Positions 1 to 12,400 of a stretch of DNA of 64,000 bases are shown piece after piece. Source of the DNA: an uncultured virus (IMG/VR IMGVR_UViG_3300002220_000874) (lineage: Duplodnaviria > Heunggongvirae > Uroviricota > Caudoviricetes > Crassvirales); the IMG/VR virus record IMGVR_UViG_3300002220_000874; one strand, given 5' to 3'. Positions within the stretch are counted from its first letter, which is position 1; every line of letters starts with the position of its first letter. Below the pieces are notes generated by a model. That model was not told the origin of the DNA, searched no databases, and saw nothing but the letters and a program-made list of their open reading frames with translations. The translations under genes were made by a program, and so were the position numbers.

Positions 1-527
1 ACCATCTATTAGATATATATTCTCATGTTATCTCAATACCTTATTGGGAATATGTTAAAATAGTCAGAGAATATAATAACGCTTGCGCTGTTCATATGAT
101 GAAGGGTAATGTTGTTACATTTCCTAATAGAATAGGAAAGTTTGGAGTTCAATTTGTTAAGCTTGCTAAAGATAGTAAGATAATAAATTGGAAAGAAAGC
201 AATATATATAAAAGATATTTACTTGCTAACAATCTTACTCCTAAAAACATTCATAATCCTGATGGAGAAGAATGGTTAATTTATTTTACTACTGATTATT
301 ACATTCGATGGGTATGGAGAAGAATGTCTACTAGTGTTGCTAATGCATATTATTATTTCTTTCAAGCTAGTAGTTATTATAATAGTATAACAGTAGATGA
401 TTTAGAAAGTAAGTTAGAAACAAAAGAAGAAATTATTAATAGTCGAGATATGGGTAATTTACAAAAAAGCCTAATGCTTGCACGAAAATTTGAAGATATT
501 AAAGAACTTTACTATTATGGTATATAA
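1..527 (+). CDS. crAss-like IHF-like tail-module protein, 5'-truncated by the window edge
   Basis: The frame of ORF 96..527 is open back to position 3. VTFPNRIGKF, INWKES and WLIYFT segments plus position just upstream of the tail tubular gene match the crAss IHF-like gene. Confidence 0.55.
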   Translation, partial: HLLDIYSHVISIPYWEYVKIVREYNNACAVHMMKGNVVTFPNRIGKFGVQFVKLAKDSKIINWKESNIYKRYLLANNLTPKNIHNPDGEEWLIYFTTDYYIRWVWRRMSTSVANAYYYFFQASSYYNSITVDDLESKLETKEEIINSRDMGNLQKSLMLARKFEDIKELYYYGI

Positions 528-1185
528 ATATAAATCATCACGAGAAATAATAGGCTCACTCTATGATGAGGGAGTTAAGACTTCTGATTGGGAAGGAAGG
601 ATAGCAGCTTGGTGTTTAAAAGCAATTAAAGGACTTAATTGCATTAGGACTAAATGGGATATAAGTCATTCGATTAAAATAGTTGATTATAAAATTCCAA
701 TATCTGATACAATAGATGAAATAATGAGTATATCTATTGGTACTGATAAATTTTATGAGATAAGAAAGACTAGACCGATAGAAAGAGATGAAACTAATTA
801 CGCACGAAACTATCAAGTGTTAAATGGAGAAATTCGTTTTGCAGTAACTGATGTTGATGTTACGGTAAATGCTAGGATATATCCTATCGAATTTGATGCC
901 GATACACGTTCTCACTTTCCTCTTTATCCAGACCTTGAAGAAGTAGAAGAATATTTAAAGTTATATTGTCTTAGAAGAATAATATTAAGAGGATATGTTC
1001 ATCCTTTATATAGTTTTAATATTTTAAATAATCAAACTAATATAAATGTATTAACTTCTGAAGCTAGAAAGAAAGCTAGATTTGCAATTAATGCAATGAA
1101 TAATGAACAACGTAGAAGAGTATCTGATATAATGACACGTATGGATACTAGTCCTAATATTGATGCTAATCGTTTATTCTTATAA
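517..1185 (+). CDS. Tail tubular / ring protein (Ttub, P22 gp4-like)
   Basis: Likely start ATG 517 (MVYKYKSSREII). FPLYPD...YC...RGYVHP segment, ~220 aa size, and synteny between the IHF-like and muzzle genes. Confidence 0.65.
   Translation: MVYKYKSSREIIGSLYDEGVKTSDWEGRIAAWCLKAIKGLNCIRTKWDISHSIKIVDYKIPISDTIDEIMSISIGTDKFYEIRKTRPIERDETNYARNYQVLNGEIRFAVTDVDVTVNARIYPIEFDADTRSHFPLYPDLEEVEEYLKLYCLRRIILRGYVHPLYSFNILNNQTNINVLTSEARKKARFAINAMNNEQRRRVSDIMTRMDTSPNIDANRLFL
762..798 (+). repeat. CCGATAG element, copy A (inside the Ttub CDS)
   Basis: Core ACCGATAGAAAGAGATGAAAC (774-794) matches copy C at 20/21 nt. Confidence 0.6.
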
Positions 1186-1186
1186 T

Positions 1187-4100
1187 ATGAATATAACAGG
1201 TACATTAAATATGGATATAAATCCAAGAGATGCTGCTGATGGCACATGGGCATATGCTAGAAATATGCTTCTCTCAAATGGATATATGAGTATGGAAAAT
1301 GAAGGAGGATTTAATCCTAATGTAATTGATTTAAACGGTAGAATATTAGGATGGATTAGTACACCTAAAGGAGTAGTATTATTCATTAAACCTCATAGTC
1401 TCGATGTTGTTGTTATATATCTTTATAATTCTGAAACACATGATATCTCTGACGTTGTTTCAATACCCGAGTCTATATTTCCTAACTCATATATTCCTCT
1501 TACTCCTGAGTCTGATTTACCATTGATATCAGGAGTATACACTTTTAACTATAAAGGTGAATTAATAGTAGTATGGTGTAACGGAATATTAGATGAAAGT
1601 AATCCTGTTTGTATTATTAATATTGATAGTCCTCCTGTAATTGATTCATTGGATGATATTGAATTTAATACTAATTTATTTGATGCACGTATTATTGCTA
1701 AAGCTGATGTAAGTTATAGCGGTAATCTTAAATCAGGTAATTATAGCTTTGGTGTTTCATTTCAACGAGAAGATGGTACTACGTCTAGTTCTACTCTTAT
1801 GTCATTACCCGTATCTTTACTAGAAGTAGTAAATAATGCTTATGTTACAACTAATGAAAATCATATCAAAGCAATAGATAGAGATACTATTGTTAAGTGT
1901 GGAATAAATTTACAATTTCAAACGAGATATTCAGGTAAGGTACAATTAAATGTTTTATTTGATAATGGGATTGTTAGAGTAGGATATTCAAAAAAGAATA
2001 TTTCTATTACTCCGTCTACTGTTATTAGACTATCAACATTAGATGATTTTGTACTTACTCCATTAGAAGATATATTACTTCCTACTAATCCTTTTACTCA
2101 TACTAATAATCTTACATCAGTTAATATTGATAATGCCTCTCAATTATTAATGGGAGGAGTTAGATTTGATGGTTCAGATTTAACATGGGAACAAGGTCAA
2201 CGAATTGCAAACGCTACAATTATTGAAGTAATAAGAACTGCTCCAAACCTTACTATATTTCATAATCCTACAGGAGTTGCATCAGGTTCAACAGTTTATC
2301 CTTTTAATGTTAATATACCTTTCTTTGAATTAGGAGAAGTATATGCGTTATATATAATGTTAAGAAGTAAGAAAGGGTCTATAATAGGAATATGGCATAT
2401 ACCTGCTATGAGCAGTAATATTAAAGCAGGTGATATATTTCTATCATCACATGAGAATGCCAATGAAACTTATCCTGTTTATTTTCCTACATATAATGGA
2501 CAAAAAGTAAAACATTTTAAAATAGCAGAAACAGTATCATCATCATTTGGACATCATGCTCTGAATGCACAAGTATTATCATTAAGAGCAAATATTAATA
2601 TTCCTAATGATATTGATACTAGTAATATAGGAGAAGTATCAATTCTTTATGCTAAACGAAACTTTAGTAATCATAGAGTTATAGGTAATGATATTCTTCA
2701 TTCTTTTGAATGGCACAACAGACATAGTGATAATATAGCAACTCCTCGTACTAATCTTTCAGGTAAATGGAGAGGTCATTGTTTTGATTTAAAAATTACA
2801 CAAACGTCTATTGAAACAATAAATGAAATAGAAGTATTTTATTATCATTTAATGGCAGGTATCAATGTTTATAATAATAACGGAAATAGAACTAAAGAAT
2901 TTTATCAAAATACAGCATCTTTTACAAGACACAGTACTAATAAATTAACGTTATTATTTACTGATATAGATAGAATTAATTATCTTCCTCATGATACATT
3001 AATAGAAGATAATATGAAAGGAGAGTCTTGTGTATTAGTTTCATTAAATACTAGTGGTAAAAATAAATTATTATCTCATTTTGAATCTTTAATAGGGATT
3101 TCTACACCTATTACAAGTAGTGAAAAGATAGGAATTAAATATATAAGTAATAAACCTGATTATTATCTTAATTATGAAACTCAAGAATTAGTATTAGCAG
3201 GAAAAGTTACATATATTGGTAACAATCTTGCTTTAAATTTTTATGGAGATGTATACAAGAATAATGATTATTGTATGCGTCTAACTAAGCTTATTGAAAC
3301 TACTGATGAAAATAAAGATGAGAACGCAGTTAGATGTGTATTTAGAATGTTCTCTCAAGGTATATTTAATTCAACACATAGAATAGAAGGTCTTAATTCA
3401 TTTGAGAAACTAGGTCCTTTTACAGAATGGCAAAAGCTTACTAATATTGATCTTTATCCAGCTAGTAGAGATAATTATTTAAACTCTGATACAGGGTTAG
3501 GTTATAATATGGGATATGCTAGAAGAAATGATTACTATCAAGGTGTATCAAAAGAATCAGATTTATTTGTTAAATCTAATCCTAATTTTATAGCTCGGTC
3601 AGATATTTATAGTTCTGAAACTTCATTATTTAATTGGCGTACATTTAGAGTTAATAATTATTATGTAATGCCATTTAATATGGGATTACTTGTATTATTA
3701 GTATCTGATGGTTTTAATTTATATATTCAATTACAAAATGAATTATTTATTGCAAATGTTAAAAATGTATTAAATGGTGATGGAGCTGATGCTGTATATT
3801 TAGGTGGTGGTGATATATTTGATAGACCTCCTAGACCATTAGTACTATCACAAGAAGGACATATAGGTTGTAATAATAGAATTCATGCCGCTCTTACTCC
3901 ATATGGTTATTTTGTTGTAGATGAAAAAAGGAAAAGAGTTATTCTAGTACAAGGAGATACTCCTGTTTCAATATCTGATGTTGGATTACGTAATTACTTT
4001 AATGATACATTAGGTAAACGTAAAGATATTAGAGTTAGTTATGATGAAGAATATAATAGACTTTTTGTTCATTTCGGTTCAAGAAACTTTAGAATAGATA

Positions 4101-4816
4101 ACGATGAACTTAAAATACTAGGAGAAAGTGTTTCATACTCTGTTGTTAAAAAAGCATGGACATCTTTCCATGATTATTATATTGATTATCCTATTAACAA
4201 TAATAAAAAATGTATTTATTTATTACAAGATTATACATTAAATGAAGATGAGCCAATTAATCAAAAATTAACAGTATTTACTCCTAATGCTAATTACGGT
4301 AGATTAGGTAGAGAATTACTTTTTAATGCTGCTATTATTGAGAACAGCTTTGTAGATATTTATTTCACAAAAGAAATATTACATCCTAAGTTGCTGCAAT
4401 CATTAGTATGGAAATCTATATCAGATAAAGACAACGTAGTTAATTATGAAGATACCTTAGTAGCTCTAATCATTTATAATGATACGCAATGTATGACAAC
4501 TAGAGTATTATCTTCTCAACAATCATTTTACGATACTGAAACAGCGATATTAACTAATGGAATATGGTATTTTAATAATATTAACGATGATGTAATAAAT
4601 GATAAATTACCTGTTATATCTAAAAGTGAAATACCGTTAGAAAATCTAATACCTATATCTAATAATATACGTACAGATAAGGATTGGTTTACACAATCTA
4701 AATTTATTACTGATTATGCAGTAGCAAGATTATATCTACAAGGGGTTAATGGCAGACAATCGAGGAAATTGATTATAAATTTTGTCGATTTTATCTATTC
4801 TAAAGATGCAAGATAA
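1187..4816 (+). CDS. Tail stabilisation / muzzle protein (Tstab, P22 gp10-like)
   Basis: N-terminus LNMDINP...WAYARN; C-terminal TPYGYFVVD and WTSFHDY; ~1200 aa beta-rich; crAss synteny. Likely start ATG 1187. Confidence 0.75.
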   Translation: MNITGTLNMDINPRDAADGTWAYARNMLLSNGYMSMENEGGFNPNVIDLNGRILGWISTPKGVVLFIKPHSLDVVVIYLYNSETHDISDVVSIPESIFPNSYIPLTPESDLPLISGVYTFNYKGELIVVWCNGILDESNPVCIINIDSPPVIDSLDDIEFNTNLFDARIIAKADVSYSGNLKSGNYSFGVSFQREDGTTSSSTLMSLPVSLLEVVNNAYVTTNENHIKAIDRDTIVKCGINLQFQTRYSGKVQLNVLFDNGIVRVGYSKKNISITPSTVIRLSTLDDFVLTPLEDILLPTNPFTHTNNLTSVNIDNASQLLMGGVRFDGSDLTWEQGQRIANATIIEVIRTAPNLTIFHNPTGVASGSTVYPFNVNIPFFELGEVYALYIMLRSKKGSIIGIWHIPAMSSNIKAGDIFLSSHENANETYPVYFPTYNGQKVKHFKIAETVSSSFGHHALNAQVLSLRANINIPNDIDTSNIGEVSILYAKRNFSNHRVIGNDILHSFEWHNRHSDNIATPRTNLSGKWRGHCFDLKITQTSIETINEIEVFYYHLMAGINVYNNNGNRTKEFYQNTASFTRHSTNKLTLLFTDIDRINYLPHDTLIEDNMKGESCVLVSLNTSGKNKLLSHFESLIGISTPITSSEKIGIKYISNKPDYYLNYETQELVLAGKVTYIGNNLALNFYGDVYKNNDYCMRLTKLIETTDENKDENAVRCVFRMFSQGIFNSTHRIEGLNSFEKLGPFTEWQKLTNIDLYPASRDNYLNSDTGLGYNMGYARRNDYYQGVSKESDLFVKSNPNFIARSDIYSSETSLFNWRTFRVNNYYVMPFNMGLLVLLVSDGFNLYIQLQNELFIANVKNVLNGDGADAVYLGGGDIFDRPPRPLVLSQEGHIGCNNRIHAALTPYGYFVVDEKRKRVILVQGDTPVSISDVGLRNYFNDTLGKRKDIRVSYDEEYNRLFVHFGSRNFRIDNDELKILGESVSYSVVKKAWTSFHDYYIDYPINNNKKCIYLLQDYTLNEDEPINQKLTVFTPNANYGRLGRELLFNAAIIENSFVDIYFTKEILHPKLLQSLVWKSISDKDNVVNYEDTLVALIIYNDTQCMTTRVLSSQQSFYDTETAILTNGIWYFNNINDDVINDKLPVISKSEIPLENLIPISNNIRTDKDWFTQSKFITDYAVARLYLQGVNGRQSRKLIINFVDFIYSKDAR

Positions 4817-4856
4817 TAATCTTTTTTGTATATTTACAAAACTTAACTGAATTAAA

Positions 4857-6653
4857 ATGAAAACAATAAAACAATCAAAAAGAGTTAGATTAGCTACGAA
4901 GAAATTTAGCGAAGGAGGATTCTGGGATAAGTATGGAAGTGCTATACTAACTGGAGTTGGTACTTTTGCTCAAGATCCTTTAAATCCTTCATCAGCAGGA
5001 ACTGCTTTATTTACTGCTTTATCTCAACATCATACTTCTAAACAAGAAGCACAAGCAAAAAAAGAATTTGATGAGCAACAAGCTGAAACATTTCGTAAAG
5101 CAACTCTTAGTGCTGATACAGCTGCATTTGGTCAATACGCTAATGCAGGTAAAGGTCATAGGTTATCATCATGGTATAGAACAGGAGGAGTAATGCCTAT
5201 CAGTGGACAAGATGGAGTAGTACAAGGAGCATCTCATGAACAAGGAGGAGTAGATGTTAATGGTAATAATCTTGAAGGAGGAGAAGCAATACATGGTGAC
5301 CAAGTATTTAATAAAAGTATGAGCCCTGCTGTTATTGAACTTATGCAAAGAAAAGCAGCAATAGAAAGATTATATATGCAAGAACTTGTTAAGCTAGGAG
5401 CAGCAATGGATTTACTTGAACAAAGTAAAGATAAATATCAACAGCAAGGTAATGAGCATAAGGGCAATGCTGTAAAAGAAAGAGTTAAAATGCTTGAGCA
5501 AGAAATGATAGGAATAGAGCAACAAATACAACAAATATTTCAAGAACAACAAGCTCAAAATCCTAATCCTGAAGGACAGCAATTAAATCAAGACGGAGTA
5601 CCTATGGCAACTCCTGATGCTATGCAAGAACAAGCACCTGTACAAATGAGATTAGGAGGAAAGATTAAAGCTTCTACAGGAGCAATATCTGCTATTATGG
5701 AAATTAGTGATAGAGCATCTGATATGGCTAGACCTACAGCAAATTTAATGTTAAATACTGCTGCTCTTATGGAATATCGTAAACAACAACTTCCTCCAAC
5801 ACTACAATCAAAAGCTTATCAATTTAATCCTCATGTTGATACTTCTGCTGCGCAACAACAAATAAGAGAACAAGCTAATGTTGCTAATAAATTTATTGAA
5901 AGTAGTATGCCTAGTGGTTTAGCAAGAGTGGCTAAAGGAAGTGCTGATATTAGGTCTAATCAAATGCTTGCATCTGTAAGAGAATCTGCTGAAAATACTG
6001 CAAGAAGTATTAGAAATGCAAATATTTCTAATATTCAACAAACTGAAGAAAAGAATCTTATGAGAAGAGAACAACATAATCTTGATAAATATAATAAGAT
6101 TATGACAGAGTTAGGTATGAAATCTGATGTTCTAAGTACTTATTCAGATGATAAGAAAGAGTTCTCTGCTAAGAATCAATTAAGATTACTTGATGATAAG
6201 AAATTAGCACTAGAATATGCTAAATCTGTAGATGGTGGTACAGCTGATACAATGAGAGAAATAATGGATAAGGCTAGTCCATCATTTATTGAAAAGCTTG
6301 CAGTTATGAAAGAGAATAGAACTAAAAGCATAGAAGCAAAAGCAGAAGCAGCTAGACTTAAAGCACAAGGAGAAGGTGATACAGCAAATATTGAAGGAAA
6401 GACTATACCTATTTCTGATGTTAAGATTACTCCTGTTGAAACTAATATAATTGAAACAACTGCTGCTTCTATAGGTAAAGACTCTAATTGGTTTAAAGAA
6501 AAATATACAGAAGCAAAAGCTGCTGTAAAAGATGCAATTGCTAAAGGACAAAATGTATCTAATATTATAACACAAATGGTTAAAAATTGGGGACTATCTG
6601 AAAATGAACAACAACAAATAATAACTACATTACTAAACACTTTTAATCAATAA
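4857..6653 (+). CDS. Virion cargo/ejection protein with SHEQGG...LEGGE motif
   Basis: 598 aa ORF after the muzzle gene; Ala/Gly-rich N-terminus, Gln-rich coiled coil, repeated xxGG motifs (FSEGG, YRTGG, MRLGG). Confidence 0.6.
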   Translation: MKTIKQSKRVRLATKKFSEGGFWDKYGSAILTGVGTFAQDPLNPSSAGTALFTALSQHHTSKQEAQAKKEFDEQQAETFRKATLSADTAAFGQYANAGKGHRLSSWYRTGGVMPISGQDGVVQGASHEQGGVDVNGNNLEGGEAIHGDQVFNKSMSPAVIELMQRKAAIERLYMQELVKLGAAMDLLEQSKDKYQQQGNEHKGNAVKERVKMLEQEMIGIEQQIQQIFQEQQAQNPNPEGQQLNQDGVPMATPDAMQEQAPVQMRLGGKIKASTGAISAIMEISDRASDMARPTANLMLNTAALMEYRKQQLPPTLQSKAYQFNPHVDTSAAQQQIREQANVANKFIESSMPSGLARVAKGSADIRSNQMLASVRESAENTARSIRNANISNIQQTEEKNLMRREQHNLDKYNKIMTELGMKSDVLSTYSDDKKEFSAKNQLRLLDDKKLALEYAKSVDGGTADTMREIMDKASPSFIEKLAVMKENRTKSIEAKAEAARLKAQGEGDTANIEGKTIPISDVKITPVETNIIETTAASIGKDSNWFKEKYTEAKAAVKDAIAKGQNVSNIITQMVKNWGLSENEQQQIITTLLNTFNQ

Positions 6654-6655
6654 TT

Positions 6656-9480
6656 ATGTCAAGATTAGCAACTCCAAATATTAAAATGGTTAGTGGTCTT
6701 AATCCTTATGTACCACTTCCTATGAAAGAAATATCAGAAACACATGATGCTTTAATTAAAAGAGGTGAATTAGCAATACAAAGTGCAGGTGTAGTATCAG
6801 ATCATTTAGCATCTCTTAAAACTCATAACGTTAAAGGAATGGATGAGTATATAGCAGAACAAACTGAAACAGTGAATAAATTTATTGATTCAGCAGTTAA
6901 AGACAAGAATGCTCATAAAAGACTTAGAGAAATACAACGTGTGGCTATAGGTATAAATAGTGATATAGGTTTAAGAAAAATACAAGAATTTGCTGCTGCT
7001 CATGATAAAACAATTGAAGTAAATACTGCCGCAGAAGGATGGACACGTGAAGAGCAACAGTTAGCAAATCAAATATCTCTTGAGTCTGCTAATGACTTTG
7101 CTAAGAATGAGGATGGTACTGTTCAATTAGGATATAAACCGTTTGTTCTTCCTGATGCTAAAGAGTTAAGAAAAGAAATTGATACTATTGTTAAATCAAT
7201 GGAAGCAATTAAAGATGTTGATTTTAGTGTACATGAATATTATAATGGTGTTACTGATTTTAATGCTTTTGCTGAACAATTACGAAAAGACTTAAAGAAA
7301 GAACGTAAAACAGATGAAGAAATAAATCAAATTATTGCAGTATTACAAGACGCATATAATCGTGATGCTGATTTTATGAGAAGTCGACAAAGTAATACAG
7401 AAGAATTATCAAGTACAAGAATNNAGTCGACAAAGTAATACAGAAAGATTATCAAGCTACAAGAATACAAAATGCTGTGTTTAGTGCTTTTCAAGTTGAC
7501 CCTAAATTCAAATCATATTTTGATACTAAGGCTAGTTTAGCTGCTCATTCATTTAATAATGTAACTCTTCGTAAAACGACTAATGAAACTGAGGAAGCGT
7601 ATAATCAAAGAGCAATAGAATATAAACAAACTAGGTTCAGAGGTATGGTTGAGACAACAGTTAGATTAGAAGATAAACTTGCTGCTAAAGGTATGGATTT
7701 AAAAACATATAAATCTTTATCTGCTAAAGATAAAGTTTTAGCAGTAGAAGAAGGAACTACTGCTTATATTAATAGTCTTGTACAAAATGCACAACGCTCT
7801 AATGAAGATATAACAGACTCTTCTCAATTAGATGCTGAATTTGGTTATATGTCTGCTGAACTTGAAAAGAATAAAATGGTAGGATATGCTAGTGCAGTAG
7901 GAGCATATTATAAAAGAGATTTACATGACAGTTTACAACAATTAAGAAAAGATGACTCATCTACAAGTATAGTAAAAAAATATGAAGGACAAGATGCTGT
8001 TATAACACAAGGTATACCATCTGAAACAGATGGATATATATTAAATACCATTACTGAATTAGAAGAAAGTATTACAACAGATACTATAAAATTAAGTAAT
8101 TTACAAACTCAAGTCGATGATGGTACTCATCCTAAATTAGCTGCTTTAAATAAGCAATTAGAAACAGCAAACGAAGAAGATAAAGTTAAGATAACTGAAG
8201 CAATAAAAGTTACTAAAATTAAAATACAAGAGGAGATAAATGCGTTACAAGCAGACATTAAGAATAAAGAAATAGGTCGTCAAGCTGCTCAATTGTCTTA
8301 TAATATTGCTATGGCTCCTTTCATGCCTAAGTTAAAAGAACCATTTGATAATGTAAAGATTAGATTTACAGAAGAATTACGAAGATTATTTGATTTACCT
8401 GATGATTTTCAATTTAATGATGCCGCTTATAGTGCTAAAGCAGAAAAAATGATTCAATTATTACAAAACAATCAAGGAGATTATTATCGAAATATCCCTA
8501 TCATAGAAAGAGGTAAAGCGGTTAATGAGATTTACGGGGATATAATAAAAGAATTATTTAAAGATACTTCTATGGAAGCATCCATTCCTACTGATATTAA
8601 TAACAGTGAATATGTTAAATCTTTATATCCACAAGGATTACCATTAACTGTTCCTGTTTCTTTTCTTATTGGTCAAATTGAAAAAGTATATAAAGAAAAT
8701 AAATCTGCAATAGAAGATGGATTAAGAGGAGCAGCATCATGGAAATATTATTCTGCTACAGATAATACTGAAATAGGAAAAACTATGACTTTCTTAAAAG
8801 ATCATTTTAGTAGTATTTTAGGCAATGCTACAATAGTTGAAGCGCCATCTGACCCTAACGGATTTTGGGGTAAACTTTGGAAAAATACACACAAAGGTAC
8901 ATCTGTTTCTTCTAGTAAGTTTCAAAAAGATTTTATGGCTAAGGCAAAAAGTGTTAATTTATTCTTAGCTAGTAATGAATTACGGGATGATGGTAGTTTA
9001 CATATAGGTGTTACTCTTAAACATAAAACTCATGGTAATGCTACGTTTTTATTAAAAATGGGCAATTCATTATCAGGTTTTGAAGCAGGTTTGCTCACTA
9101 GACTAAATCAAGAGTTTGTTGAATTACAGGCTACAGATGATCCGAGATATATTAATATTTTAAATACTAATGCTCTATTGTTAGCAAACTTAGAACAAAA
9201 CTCAGTAATCATAGATGCTGACGGAAGTAAAGTTACATTAGGGCAAGCATTAAGTCATGCTTCTAAAGCTCCTACAACTACATTAACAGTAGATGATAAT
9301 CTTAAATTTACTATAACTACAGAAGGTAATGTTGTAACACTAACAACTACTTCTATGAGGGATGGAAAATTAGTTCCAATAGTTGAAAAAGATAAGCATG
9401 GTAAGGATATAATATATCGTAGTCCATTTGAAGCAAGAAATACAATATTAAGTAAAATAATACAACATCAAAAGAAATAA
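6656..9480 (+). CDS. Virion cargo protein (~926 aa), a single gene split in the ORF track by an assembly gap
   Basis: 7382-7422 is repeated with indels at 7425-7466 across NN. Removing 7423-7466 joins the 260 aa and 667 aa ORFs in frame (...EELSSTRIQNAVFSAF...). Confidence 0.75.
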
Positions 9481-9486
9481 TTACAA

Positions 9487-12400
9487 ATGAACACAAACAA
9501 TCCTACTATTTATGATTTACCTGATGGCACTAGTCCATCAGGTAATTTGATTGATATGAGTAAATATTCATTTCAACCAACAACTATGGCTGGTAGAGCT
9601 TCTGCCCCTGCCACAAGACAAGATGTTGAAACTTTTAATAAATTAAAAGGTTATATTAATAACCCTGCTATGGGATTTAACCCATCTAATATATATGAAA
9701 CTGCTGCTAGAAATCAAGGAGGATGGGAATTATTAGGTAAAAGTTTAGTTCATACTCTTGCTGAATTTACAGGAGGTATAGTAGAAGGAGCAGGAGGATT
9801 ATTGAATCCTTATAGTTGGGCAGCTATTGCATCTGACTCAGCTACTAAGTTTGAAAGAAATTTACTTCAAGAATTAGGTCATTTAATGAATCAAGGAGTA
9901 AAAGATGCTTTACCTATTTATCAAACTAAGAAAGCACAAAAAGGGTTTGCTCTTGCTGATGCTACTTGGTGGGCATCTATGTTTCCTACTGTTGCTAGTA
10001 CTGCTGCATCATTTGTACCAGCTGCTGCTGTATTAAGAGGAACAAGTATGTTAGGTAAAACATTAAATGTAGGAAAAGGATTACGTGCAGCAGGCAAACA
10101 TGCTACCGCAGGTAGAGTGCTTGAAAATGTATCAGCATCTATTATGTCAAGACATATTGATACTTATAGAGAATCTATTGGTACATTTGAACAACAATAT
10201 CAACGACATAAAGATTTAGGATTTTCTGATGAAGAAGCTAAACGAATGGCAGGAGAAGCTGCTTCTATAGGTATGCGATATGGCTATAGTAATATTGTAT
10301 TTGATATGGTTCAATGGGGAGCAATATTACGAATGGGTAATAGAGCATCAAAAGGTATCAGTACAGAAGTAGCAAAAGCAGTAGGAAGAAAAGAAGGATT
10401 TAAAGCAATAGCTGCTGCTGCAAGTGCTGTTGCTAAAAAACCTATGTCCTTTGGTGTTGATTTAGGATTAACTGCTTTCTCAGAAGCAGCTGATGAAGCT
10501 ATGATAGGATTCTGGCAAAAAGAAGGAATATATGAAGGAGATAAAAAGAATTTATCTAAATATTATGATAAGCTTCATACTGAACATAATATTATGGATA
10601 GATTTGCTTCTCATATGGGAGATAGACATACATGGGATGAAGCCTTTTGGGGAGCATTTGGAGGAGCAGGAATGATGATAGGTAGAGCTGGTATTAATAA
10701 AATAGTAAACCCTAAATCAGCAAAAGACTTAAATGATAAGATGGCAGATAAGATTATTACTACTGCCAATAATCTTAAAAACTCTTTAGCACAAGCAACT
10801 GAATTAATCGAACAAGGTGATCCTGTATCTGCTAAAATAATACTTGATACAATGGTTCTTGGTCTTGTGGATAATGCAAATTCAACAGGTTCATTAAAAG
10901 TATGGAATGAATTATTATCAAATATTGAAAATGCTACAAATGAAGAGTTAAAAGAATTAGGTTTAGATGCAACAATTAAACCTTATTTAAAAGAAATAAA
11001 ATCAGATTTACAATCAGCAATAAAAAGTTCTGAAGTATTTACTACAAAAGATTATAGTACTCCTACGCATAAGTTTACCGATGATGAAAACTATTTCATA
11101 GGTAGTAATATTACTAGAAATACTTACATGATTGAAAAGCTTGATAAAAGAATACAAGAATTAGACTCACAAAGAACAGAAGAAATAAATCAGATAAATC
11201 AGATTAAGGCACAATTAGGTACTATAAGCGCACAAACCTTTACTGATTTAATGGGAAAGAATGAAGATAAGAAAGCAAAAGCATATACGAAGATAGCAAA
11301 AGTTAACGCAGGTGTATCAGAAGCATTACTGCTTCAATATTCAACTCTTCAAGATATACAATCTAAAAGAGTTATGGAAATGCAAAATCATGCTACTTTA
11401 GCAATATCAATTGCACATTTAGAAAATGCTATTAAAAGTTCTAATACTCCTGAATTAGTTAAAAATGAATTTAAGAGACAACTTAAAACAAGTAAAGAAC
11501 TTCTCGAACAATCTAAAATACAATTAGATGATTTAACAAAACAACTAGAAGATGGAGATAAAGTAAGAGAAGAATTAGTAAATAGCACTGGTGCAACAGA
11601 AGTTAAAGCTACAAAAGATTTATATAATTTAATTCATAATGTTAGAAATACTACTACTGCTAATACTATTGCTTCTTTAAATAATAGTAAGGATAAAATG
11701 ACTAAGCAGCTTGCAGAATTTAATGATGCTAAAGCTGTTAGAAAAATGATTGATGAAATAAGGAAAGAAAATGATGATGCTCATAAAACAAAATTAACTA
11801 TTGCTAAAGCTCAACTTGAAAACTTAAATGTTGGACAAGAAAATGAAATTGATGAAATTGTAAAAGCTTTTCCTGAATTAAAAACAGAAGCAGACGCAAA
11901 ACGAAAGAAATTAAAACAAGAAGCAAAAGATATTAATAATATAAAAGAAGCTGGTTTAAAAGCAAAAGTAAATGAGTATAATAATGCTCTTAATCAATTA
12001 GATATTGTTTTAAAAAGTAACCTTAAATTAGATTTAGCTTTTCGTTCTGAGTATGATGATATTAAAACAAAAGAAAAGAAAACAGTAGAAGAATATGATG
12101 CTGCTATAAAACAAATAAATACTCTACTTGCTACTATTAAAGGTGAACCTAAACCTGCATCTACTCCTACGACTACTCCTACATCGACATCCACTTCTAC
12201 CTCTACGCCTACTGTAAATATTACGAATAATGAACTGATTGATATTTTATATAATAGGTCATTAGTATATACTAATATTACATCATTACTATCAATATTG
12301 GAAGCAATTCAAAATTATGATATTGCTACATTAGCTAATGAACAAGATGGTAAAAATTTAATGATTGCTGTAAAGTTAATTCAACTTCAAGCAGCATCAT

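Noticed and set aside
7423..7476. Programmed frameshift or two separate genes at 6656-7438 and 7477-9480
   Set aside because: Explained by the NN scaffold gap with a duplicated flank.
12145..12215. Tandem DNA repeat or contingency locus in the giant gene
   Set aside because: Codons vary; it is a protein-level Thr/Ser/Pro linker, not a perfect nucleotide repeat.
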